Below are positions 55,938 through 64,000 of a DNA stretch of 64,000 nucleotides, piece after piece. Both the position numbers and the translations under genes were made by a program. Origin of the DNA: Patescibacteria group bacterium (GTDB taxonomy: Bacteria > Patescibacteriota > Minisyncoccia > UBA6257 > GWB1-50-10); contig JBFLWN010000001.1 in assembly GCA_040757555.1 (NCBI GenBank), positions 53,128 through 117,127 of the forward strand. The letters are read 5' to 3'. The notes under the pieces were generated by a model. The model was not told the DNA's origin. It saw only the letters and a list, made by a program, of their open reading frames with translations, and did no database searches. Numbering within the stretch: the first letter of the stretch is position 1; each line of letters begins with the position of its first letter.

Positions 55938-56783
55938 CTAACTTAATTTTATTTCAAAAGTACTTTTTGTGTTTTCCAAAATCTGTTCACGCATCGCTTC
56001 CTCTGAAACATTTTTTATCTCCGCAAGTTTTTTTACTACCTCCACCACATACGCGGATTCATTTCGTTTTCCACGATATGGAACTGGGGCTACCCATGGC
56101 GCATCAGTTTCCGAAAGAAGATGATCAATGGGAATTTCATTAATTACCTCCGCATAGAGAATCCCGTTTTTCTTCGGAGGAAATGTGATCACCCCCCCAA
56201 ACGTGAAATAACATCCAAGTTCCAAAAAGATTTTTGCCTCTTCCACCGTCCCGCGAAACGAATGGATGATCGGACTCTTTTTTGTCCCATGTATTTTCAA
56301 TAACTGTGCAAGTTCTTTATAGAGGTCTCTGCAGTGTATCATGAGGGGTTTTTCGATCTCGTTTGAAAATTTAATTTGCTTTATAAACTCATTCTTTTGT
56401 GTCTCCATTTTTTCTTCTGTTTCTCCATATAAAAGATCGAGTCCGCATTCGCCGACCGCAACAACTTTTTTACTCTCGGCAAGTGTCTTAAAAAAATCAT
56501 GGTCAAACGGTTCTGCGGGTATTATGTCTTTTTTCTCTGAAATCCCATATTCATCTTCGTCGCGGGATGAATCAACGGTGTGACCCGGATAGAGCCCAAT
56601 ACACGCCCACACATGTTCATGTTTTTCGGCAAATGAAACAGCATCGGCTGATGTACTTTTAGACGTGCCTACTGTGATAAATCCAACACCAGCATCCGCT
56701 GCGCGTTTCACCATTAGATTCACATCATCTCCATAGACCGGAAAATGAGCGTGCGTATGTGCGTCAAAATATTTTATCTCCAT
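55938..56783 (-). CDS. tatD: TatD family nuclease
   Basis: DAHTH, VGECGLD, IHCR, ETDAP..RGKRNE. Confidence 0.93.
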   Translation of the reverse strand: MEIKYFDAHTHAHFPVYGDDVNLMVKRAADAGVGFITVGTSKSTSADAVSFAEKHEHVWACIGLYPGHTVDSSRDEDEYGISEKKDIIPAEPFDHDFFKTLAESKKVVAVGECGLDLLYGETEEKMETQKNEFIKQIKFSNEIEKPLMIHCRDLYKELAQLLKIHGTKKSPIIHSFRGTVEEAKIFLELGCYFTFGGVITFPPKKNGILYAEVINEIPIDHLLSETDAPWVAPVPYRGKRNESAYVVEVVKKLAEIKNVSEEAMREQILENTKSTFEIKLS

Positions 56784-56854
56784 AAAAATTTGCTTTTCTA
56801 TGGAGCCTATTTTAGCATGAAACCAGCTTATTTACATGAGAAAGGAGAATACAG

Positions 56855-57505
56855 ATGCTAAAAAGAATCCCATGGAACGTCGCAATATGTGACTGGAACG
56901 GCACACTTCTTGATGATTTGCCGCTCGTTTACGGATCGGTACAAAACATCTTCAGAAGTTTTGGAAAGACCCCCCCCTCTCTTGAAACATACCAAAAGGA
57001 AATCACTGCCGACTTTATGAAATTCTATAAAGCACACGGCATCCCCGTAGATACCGAATCGGAGACTCTTAATGCAATACGAAAAGAATATTTCAAAAAA
57101 AACAACGGAAGCATAACACTTACCAATGGCGCACGAGAGCTTCTTAGTTTATTTTTGGGTCTTGATCTTAAAATCGGGATAGTGAGTGGAGAAGCGAGAG
57201 GATATCTTCAAGGTACGCGTCTCAAACAATTCGGAATTGAAAAATACTTCGATTTTGTTTTCGATGGGATTTCCGATAAAATGGAAAAATTTAAAGAAGT
57301 GGTTAAAATCCTCGAGACTGATCCAAAAACTATGTTCTACATAGACGATAGTTTTGATGGAGTTACTGCTGCAAAAAGCGCCGGTATTACCACCTTTGGG
57401 TTTGTACACAAAGGATCTTATAACTCGAAAGAAAAAATAATCGCGGCAAAACCTGATTATATTGTTGAAAATCTCCTCGAAATTATTCCAATAATTTCAA
57501 GTTAA
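56855..57505 (+). CDS. HAD-family phosphatase
   Basis: DWNGTLLD motif I and YIDDS..D motif IV. Confidence 0.85.
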   Translation: MLKRIPWNVAICDWNGTLLDDLPLVYGSVQNIFRSFGKTPPSLETYQKEITADFMKFYKAHGIPVDTESETLNAIRKEYFKKNNGSITLTNGARELLSLFLGLDLKIGIVSGEARGYLQGTRLKQFGIEKYFDFVFDGISDKMEKFKEVVKILETDPKTMFYIDDSFDGVTAAKSAGITTFGFVHKGSYNSKEKIIAAKPDYIVENLLEIIPIISS

Positions 57506-57562
57506 CAAAAAATCGTCCCACCACAATGTCGGGACGATTTTTCTATTTATAAAATACAAAGA

Positions 57563-59011
57563 CTAAACCAATCTTGGAAAAAGTGTCGGAATTTCAGATG
57601 AGGGATCTTCAATTACATGTAATATTTTTTTACTTGTATCCGGAAGAAGTGGCTCAAGAAGCACCCCAATTTCCCACACGCTTTCGAGAAGTTCTTTCAC
57701 ATCACGTTTCGCTTTTTCGGGATCTGTCTTTATTGTTTTAAACGGTTCGGTTTCCTGAACAAACTTGTCGGATATCTGAATTCGCTCCCACACTACATCC
57801 AACGCTTTTTTGAATTCATATCTATCCATTGCTTCCTCATATAGTTCTTTTCCATGTACCTCCACACTACTTGGATCGAATAATACTCCGTAGCTTCGCG
57901 CCATTTTTACCACACGACTCACTAAATTTCCCAATCCATTTGCCAAATCGCCGTTATATCTACTCTTAAACTTCTCTTCGCTAAAATCTCCGTCTTCATA
58001 TGCTGGAATTTCACGAAGGAGATAATAACGCACCGGATCAACGCCAAATCGATTAATCACATCAAACGGATCCACTACATTTCCGATTGTCTTACTGATT
58101 TTTTGCCCTTCTACCGTGATATACCCATGGATAAATTCCTCATTTGGAATCGGGAGCCCCGCACTCTTTAACATCGCGAGCCAATACACCGCGTGAAAAC
58201 GACTCACCCCCTTCCCTAATACGTGTATTTTTTTATCGTTTTCCAGCCAGAATGTTTTGAATAATTCTGCATTCACATCCGGATATCCAAGTGCAGTAAT
58301 ATAATTTGCGAGTGCATCATACCACACATACATTGTTTGTTCAGGCTCATTCGGAACGGACACTCCCCAATGTTTTGTTCGTTCAACGGGGCGAGAAACG
58401 GAAAAATCCTCAAGTCCATGTTTTATGAATCCCAATACTTCATTCTTTTTCGATTGGGGAACTATATTCAATATATTTTTTTCTATTACTTCCGCCAACC
58501 ATTCTTGATAATTCGAAAGTTTAAAAAAATAATTTTCCTCTTCAATCAACTCAAGTTTTCTTCCTGGATGTTCATTACATTCTCCCGCTTCATTTAATTC
58601 ATCTTTGTTGTAAAACGTCTCGCATCCTTGGCAATATAGTCCCTGATATTTCTTTTTATATAAATCTTCTTTTTTTGTAGCACTCCACAACGCCTGTGCA
58701 CCGATTTTATGGCGCTCTTCACTCGTGCGAATAAATTGATCAATCGAGATATTGAGTTTTTTCAGCAAATCTTTAAACGCTTCCGCATTTCTCAACACAA
58801 GTGCCTCTGTGGGAATTCCTTCTTTTTCTGCCGCCTGAACATTTTTTATTGCATTTTCATCGCTTCCCGAAAGGAAATATGTCTCGTATCCTCTCGCGCG
58901 ACGAAAGCGCGCGATAACATCCGCCTGTACAAATTCGAGTGCATGCCCAATGTGGGGCGCTGCGTTTACATATGGAATTGTTGTTGTGATATAACTTCTT
59001 TTTTTTGTCAT
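57563..59011 (-). CDS. metG: Methionine-tRNA ligase
   Basis: YVNAAPHIGH, YVWYDAL, KISKT. Confidence 0.96.
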   Translation of the reverse strand: MTKKRSYITTTIPYVNAAPHIGHALEFVQADVIARFRRARGYETYFLSGSDENAIKNVQAAEKEGIPTEALVLRNAEAFKDLLKKLNISIDQFIRTSEERHKIGAQALWSATKKEDLYKKKYQGLYCQGCETFYNKDELNEAGECNEHPGRKLELIEEENYFFKLSNYQEWLAEVIEKNILNIVPQSKKNEVLGFIKHGLEDFSVSRPVERTKHWGVSVPNEPEQTMYVWYDALANYITALGYPDVNAELFKTFWLENDKKIHVLGKGVSRFHAVYWLAMLKSAGLPIPNEEFIHGYITVEGQKISKTIGNVVDPFDVINRFGVDPVRYYLLREIPAYEDGDFSEEKFKSRYNGDLANGLGNLVSRVVKMARSYGVLFDPSSVEVHGKELYEEAMDRYEFKKALDVVWERIQISDKFVQETEPFKTIKTDPEKAKRDVKELLESVWEIGVLLEPLLPDTSKKILHVIEDPSSEIPTLFPRLV

Positions 59012-60030
59012 ATTCCCAAATACGGACGTTGTTCTTTTTGTTCTGCCAAATAATTAAATATTTCCTGTGCAATAACCGCGATTGGAACGGCAAGCACAAT
59101 ACCGATAAATCCCGCAATTTCTCCTCCCGCAAGAAGTGCCATAATTACGACCACCGGATGTACTTTCATGGTCTTTCCAACCACAAGCGGAACGAGAATT
59201 TGATTTTCGAATTGTTGCACCAGGACAAAAAACAGAACCGCATAGATACCGAGAATAAATGAGTCGGATATTGCCACGACGAATGCGATGAATCCGATTA
59301 ACATCGGCCCAATTACCGGAACAAGTTCAAAAATCGCTGCAAGGATACCCAGCACTACCGCAAACTTCACTCCCATAATCCACAATCCAACCCCCACAAT
59401 AAGCCCAACAATAAAACTAAGTGTAATTTGGGTGGAAAACCATTTTCTGATTTTTACGGAAAACCGATGAAATACACGAAGCACCGGCCCCTCATATATG
59501 TCGGGAAGAATTACCCGAAGGAGACGTTCCGGTCCATCTTTTTCTATTGAGAGATAAAACGAAATCAAAATAACCGAAATGATACTGATACTCGTAGTGA
59601 AAAAATTTTTCAATGTCTCCGCTACTGAAATGTTTTGCGAAGAAAGAAAATCGAATAATTTATCTCTCCCAAGAGTAAATGTATCGAGAAGGTTGTCGGG
59701 TAATCCAATTCCGAAAATGGAATACACTACATCGTGAATTTGCGTGAGAAGACCCGTTGCTTCAATCGAAAACACTGGGATCATAAAATATATCCCTAAT
59801 GTGATAAGAATAAATGCGGAGAGAAACACAATAAGCACGGAGAGAAGTCGCTTCACTCCTCTCTGCTCTAAAAAAGAAATAATTGGATCAATACCAAGGG
59901 AAAGAATGACCGCGGTAAAAAAAATACCCAACGCCGTACGACCAAAATATGCCCCCAACACCAATAGAAGGAATATAAATACCTTTAATAGGGTGTGCCA
60001 ACTTATTTCTATTTTTGTCGTTTCTTTCAT
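59008..60030 (-). CDS. AI-2E family transporter
   Basis: ELVPVIG, QQFENQILVP, GIVLAVP motifs. Confidence 0.9.
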   Translation of the reverse strand: MKETTKIEISWHTLLKVFIFLLLVLGAYFGRTALGIFFTAVILSLGIDPIISFLEQRGVKRLLSVLIVFLSAFILITLGIYFMIPVFSIEATGLLTQIHDVVYSIFGIGLPDNLLDTFTLGRDKLFDFLSSQNISVAETLKNFFTTSISIISVILISFYLSIEKDGPERLLRVILPDIYEGPVLRVFHRFSVKIRKWFSTQITLSFIVGLIVGVGLWIMGVKFAVVLGILAAIFELVPVIGPMLIGFIAFVVAISDSFILGIYAVLFFVLVQQFENQILVPLVVGKTMKVHPVVVIMALLAGGEIAGFIGIVLAVPIAVIAQEIFNYLAEQKEQRPYLGI

Positions 60031-60148
60031 CCCGTTAGAGACAGATCGCGATCAAAAAACGCAATTTGTATTCATATTTTATATTTTCGACAATATTCAT
60101 AATTTTCAGATTAATATTATATATACGCGATCGCGGTCTCTAACGGGA
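60030..60148. mobile_element. MITE-like element, copy 4
   Basis: Termini tcccgttagagac / gtctctaacggga; interior similar to 13487-13604. Confidence 0.65.
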
Positions 60149-60157
60149 TAAATTTCC

Positions 60158-61426
60158 CTATATCTTTAATATACCAAGAAAACTCTCATTCTTAAACGGA
60201 CCGACAAGCGCAAGATTAAGACCTTCGTTTTTAAATAATAATCGTGCAACATCCCGCACCTGTTTTGGAGTCACTGCTTTTATTTTTTTTGCTACATCTT
60301 CTGGTGATGACAACGGCATATCCATAATTTCCTGCATTCCGTAAAAGTACCCAATTGAGTCAGAGGTGTCAGCATTCAAAAACACTCCCCCCACCAAATG
60401 TTCTTTTGCCTTCTCAAGTTCTGCCTCTGAAACCAGGTTATTCTTTAGCGATCTCATTTCATCAAGTATCGCGCTAATGACAATACTAACTTTTGTATTG
60501 TCCACCCCCGCGGCCACAGAGAGAAACCCATGATCGGAAAAAAGATCCGTTCCCGATCGCACATAATACGCGGCGCCAAGCTCATCTCGGACTTTTTTGA
60601 ATAATCTCGAGCTCATCCCCCCGCCCAACACCTCGGAAAGTACCTCAAGTGCAAATCTTCGTTTATCCTTCACATCAAACGCCCGCACCCCCAACACAAG
60701 ATGTGTTTGCTCAACATCTTTTTTATATATAAGTTCCTTTGGTTTGGTCTGCAATTCCTTTACCCTTGGCTTCTTCATTTTTGTACCACGTGAAAGATTC
60801 GAAAAATATTTTCCGATTTCTTTACGCGCCACCGTTGGATCAAAGTTTCCCGCAACAAACACCACTGTCGATTCCGGTAAATAATTTTTTCCTCGATACG
60901 CAATAAAGTCTTCTCGGGTAAGTTTCTTAATATTTTCTTTCGTTCCCGCAATACTCCATCCTGCTGGCTGATCACCATAGACAAGTTCATAAAACAATTC
61001 TTCAACTTTTCGTGGAGGAGCATCTTCATACATATTTATTTCTTCAATAATAACCCCCCGTTCAATTTCAATATCCTCTTTATTGAATACCGGATTCAAA
61101 TAAAGATCGGAGACTACATCAAGCGCTTTTTTAAATGAATTATTTCTTACTTTTGCGTAATATGTGGTGTACTCATGTCCTGTTGATGCGTTATATTGTG
61201 CCCCCATCCCATCAAGCTCGCCCGCAATATCAATCGGACGCGGACGCTTTTTTGTACCCTTAAAACACATATGCTCGAGAAAATGGGAAAGTCCATTTAT
61301 CTCTTTTGTCTCATACTTTGAACCCGCAGCAACAACCACCGCAACCGTTACGGTGAGTGAATCTTTCTGCGGCACAAGAATACATCGAAGACCATTTGAA
61401 TAAGTAAATCGTATTGGTTTTTTCAT
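60158..61426 (-). CDS. M16 (pitrilysin) family zinc peptidase
   Basis: SHFLEHM (HxxEH) and LGGGMSSRLF. Confidence 0.93.
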   Translation of the reverse strand: MKKPIRFTYSNGLRCILVPQKDSLTVTVAVVVAAGSKYETKEINGLSHFLEHMCFKGTKKRPRPIDIAGELDGMGAQYNASTGHEYTTYYAKVRNNSFKKALDVVSDLYLNPVFNKEDIEIERGVIIEEINMYEDAPPRKVEELFYELVYGDQPAGWSIAGTKENIKKLTREDFIAYRGKNYLPESTVVFVAGNFDPTVARKEIGKYFSNLSRGTKMKKPRVKELQTKPKELIYKKDVEQTHLVLGVRAFDVKDKRRFALEVLSEVLGGGMSSRLFKKVRDELGAAYYVRSGTDLFSDHGFLSVAAGVDNTKVSIVISAILDEMRSLKNNLVSEAELEKAKEHLVGGVFLNADTSDSIGYFYGMQEIMDMPLSSPEDVAKKIKAVTPKQVRDVARLLFKNEGLNLALVGPFKNESFLGILKI

Positions 61427-61547
61427 AATAAATATACATACAGAATAATGCACGTTCCCCTTAAGCGCAAACATGAGTTTTTTGACAATATATATACCAA
61501 CACAGTATAGTGTTTCTAGTTTTTAAACATCTCACAGGAGAAATAAT

Positions 61548-61850
61548 ATGAATCCATTGATATGGGTCTTCATTTTTTCCTTTTTTGCACTTTCCTTTGG
61601 TCTTGCACTCATAAGTCTCGCCTTGTGTATGCGCTTCGAAAAGAAAAGGGTATTTTCGGGAATTTCATTTTTATTCTTTATTCTTATGAGCTTTTCTACC
61701 GCCTATTTCGGCGCTCAATACGTAGAACAAAAAATTGAGAATAACTTACGTAAAGAATCCATAGAAAAATTAGAGAGGTGGTTCAGAGAAAAACCAAATC
61801 TACCACCAAAAGAAAAATTAGAGATAAATCGCGTCCGAAGAATAAGTTAA
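61548..61850 (+). CDS. Small two-TM hypothetical protein
   Basis: AGGAG SD, upstream promoter-like sequence, two hydrophobic helices. Confidence 0.55.
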   Translation: MNPLIWVFIFSFFALSFGLALISLALCMRFEKKRVFSGISFLFFILMSFSTAYFGAQYVEQKIENNLRKESIEKLERWFREKPNLPPKEKLEINRVRRIS

Positions 61851-61882
61851 TTTAAAATCCCCCGAACATTCGGGGGATTTTT

Positions 61883-63226
61883 TTATTTCAACTTGCTTTC
61901 CAGAAAATCCTGGAGCGCATCGATGGGAATTCTCACTTGTTCCATTGTATCTCGATCACGCACCGTTACATCTTTATTTTCTAAACTTTCAAAATCAACC
62001 GTGATACAAAATGGAGTTCCTGCTTCATCCTGGGCACGATATCGTTTTCCGATATTTCCCCGTTCATCCCACATCACAGGAAACTCTTTTTTCAAATCTC
62101 CGTGAATCGATTTTGCGAGTTCCACTAATTCAGGCTTATTCGCGAGAAGCGGAAACACCGCGGCTTTATATGGTGCAAGTTTTGGATGAAATTTCAATAC
62201 AATTCGCTCGTCACCCTCTTTTACCTTCTCTTCTCTGTATGCATCCATCAAAAAGAAGAGAGTTGCGCGATCAACACCCCCGGACGTCTCAACTATCCAC
62301 GGGAGATATCGCTCTTTTTTCTCCTCATCGAAATAGGTCAAGTCTTGTTTTGAAAACGCCTGATGCTGTTTCACATCCCAATCGCCCCTATGATGGATCC
62401 CCTCCATTTCTCTCCAACTCCCCTCTGCATTATATTCAATATCAAACGCCGCACGCGCGTAGTGTGCGAGTTTGTCTTTTGGATGTTCAAAAAATCGAAG
62501 GTTTTCTTCCCTCATACCAAGCGAAAGGTACCAATTTCTCCGTTCATTTTTCCAATATTCAAACCATTGCATTGATTCTTTTTCCTCCGGCTTTGTATAA
62601 AATTGTAATTCCATTTGTTCGAATTCACGCGAACGGAATGTAAAATCTCCCGGTGTAATTTCATTACGAAATGCCTTCCCCACTTGTGCAACACCAAATG
62701 GAATTTTCACGCGCGTCGAAGATGCTACATTTTTAAAATTTACGTGCACTCCCTGCGTGATTTCTCCGCGAAGATATGTTTTTAATTTTTCTCCCTCAAC
62801 TACCCCAAGATATGTTTCCACCATTAAATTAAACTGCTTCGGTTCTGTCCAATCTTTTTTTCCACACGCCGGACATTTTGGCATGTCTTCCGAATTGATT
62901 GTAAATAAATCTTCGGACACTCCAAGATTGTCTGCACGAAAACGTGCGTGACAGGCCTTGCATTCTACAAGCGGATCGGAAAATGATGCTAAATGTCCCG
63001 ATGCCTCCCACACTTTTGGATTCATGATAATTGCCGCATCAATCCCTACGACATCATCGCGCATCTGCACCATTGATTTCCAAAATTCATTTTTTATATT
63101 CCGTTTTAATTCAACTCCAAGCGGCCCGTAATCCCATGTACCCGCAAGTCCTCCATATATTTCGGACCCCTGATAAATAAATCCCCTTCGTTTCGCAAGT
63201 GCCGTTATTTTTTCGAATATATTCAT
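61883..63226 (-). CDS. glyQS: Glycine-tRNA ligase, alpha2 type
   Basis: KRRGF..EIYGG, GKAFRNEITP, REFEQME, IGKRY.AQDE.GTP. Confidence 0.96.
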   Translation of the reverse strand: MNIFEKITALAKRRGFIYQGSEIYGGLAGTWDYGPLGVELKRNIKNEFWKSMVQMRDDVVGIDAAIIMNPKVWEASGHLASFSDPLVECKACHARFRADNLGVSEDLFTINSEDMPKCPACGKKDWTEPKQFNLMVETYLGVVEGEKLKTYLRGEITQGVHVNFKNVASSTRVKIPFGVAQVGKAFRNEITPGDFTFRSREFEQMELQFYTKPEEKESMQWFEYWKNERRNWYLSLGMREENLRFFEHPKDKLAHYARAAFDIEYNAEGSWREMEGIHHRGDWDVKQHQAFSKQDLTYFDEEKKERYLPWIVETSGGVDRATLFFLMDAYREEKVKEGDERIVLKFHPKLAPYKAAVFPLLANKPELVELAKSIHGDLKKEFPVMWDERGNIGKRYRAQDEAGTPFCITVDFESLENKDVTVRDRDTMEQVRIPIDALQDFLESKLK

Positions 63227-63230
63227 AAAT

Positions 63231-64000
63231 TTATTGCACCACTCTTCCGTTTTCTTGTTGGACTGTTTTATCGTCGGTAAGATTGGTCGTCAGGGGATTA
63301 TCATAACTTACCATATCCACTCCCGTAAAGTCGTCAGTGGCAGTAAGTGTAGTTTTTCCCAAAATATCCTTATATTGTCCCACTTCGGTTACATTTGGAG
63401 TAAGTTCAACCTTAAATATTGCCTCGATTGGGTCACTTAAAATTCCGCTTGCTGCAGAAATTTTATCGATAGTCCAGATCACTTCCTGCGTACGTTCATT
63501 ATATGTGGGACTCGATTCAATATTACTTTTTACCGCGCTCACCCATTTTACTTCGCGGCCAAGAGAAGCCCTCACTTCAACATCTTTTATATCGGTTAAA
63601 TAATTTTTGAGTATCCAATGAACCGAAAATTGTGTGGGACGATTTACTTTTGGAGGAAATGTTCCGGAATTTACAATTCCCGCTCCTGGATCACGGTACA
63701 ACGCTTGTGCATCCACCGAAGCCACTCCCATCACTTTTGTTTCTTTCACCACCACAGTCGATGTTTTTTCCGCGGTAATGTAATGCGGAACCGACGGGGA
63801 ATTAATTTCCGCAGTTGCACGAAGTACAAAGTTTTTATCGGACGAACGTTTGATTTGATAATATGGATTCAATTTTATACGAACCTCTGCTTGTCCCGAT
63901 GCACTCTTTTCCAAAACACGAAGCCCCGGAATATTTGCCGCAGTCCACGTTACTGTTCCCGTAAGCGAATTAAATCCTCCATTAGTACGGAGTGTCGTAA
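63231..64000 (-). CDS. Conserved secreted hypothetical protein, C-terminal part
   Basis: ORF runs off the window; G.FPPKV..T..W and D.FTG motifs. Confidence 0.65.
   Translation of the reverse strand, partial: TTLRTNGGFNSLTGTVTWTAANIPGLRVLEKSASGQAEVRIKLNPYYQIKRSSDKNFVLRATAEINSPSVPHYITAEKTSTVVVKETKVMGVASVDAQALYRDPGAGIVNSGTFPPKVNRPTQFSVHWILKNYLTDIKDVEVRASLGREVKWVSAVKSNIESSPTYNERTQEVIWTIDKISAASGILSDPIEAIFKVELTPNVTEVGQYKDILGKTTLTATDDFTGVDMVSYDNPLTTNLTDDKTVQQENGRVVQ

Overview
The window looks like a Patescibacteria (CPR, Parcubacteria-like) chromosome segment. This is inferred from the AT-rich sequence, a type IV pilus operon without a secretin, a truncated IF2, an alpha2-type GlyRS and the mostly CCA-less tRNA genes. 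Housekeeping genes include gatCA, ligA, clpP, tyrS, leuS, metG, glyQS, infB, rbfA, tatD and a monomeric mitochondrial-type PheRS. There are 18 tRNA genes and a pil/comF cluster. The most interesting region is an accessory island at about 27.8-36.3 kb. It holds two proteins with Ignavibacteria/Bacteroidota-style T9SS C-terminal domains, a triplicated promoter module, an unannotated 31-aa Pro/Gly/Lys peptide, a radical SAM/SPASM enzyme followed by an unannotated 49-aa Cys/Asp-rich precursor (candidate new RiPP), three HExxH proteins and a CYTH protein. Non-coding signals include two families of structured elements of about 165-185 bp anchored on tRNA 3' ends, carrying direct and usually inverted tRNA-end copies. 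They also include a pheM-like leader-peptide attenuator (MKKVAKKFFRFFFT), four MITE-like CCCGTTA..TAACGGG elements, nuclease genes abutting tRNAs and two candidate ncRNAs near leuS. All calls come from reading motifs by eye; no database searches were run.
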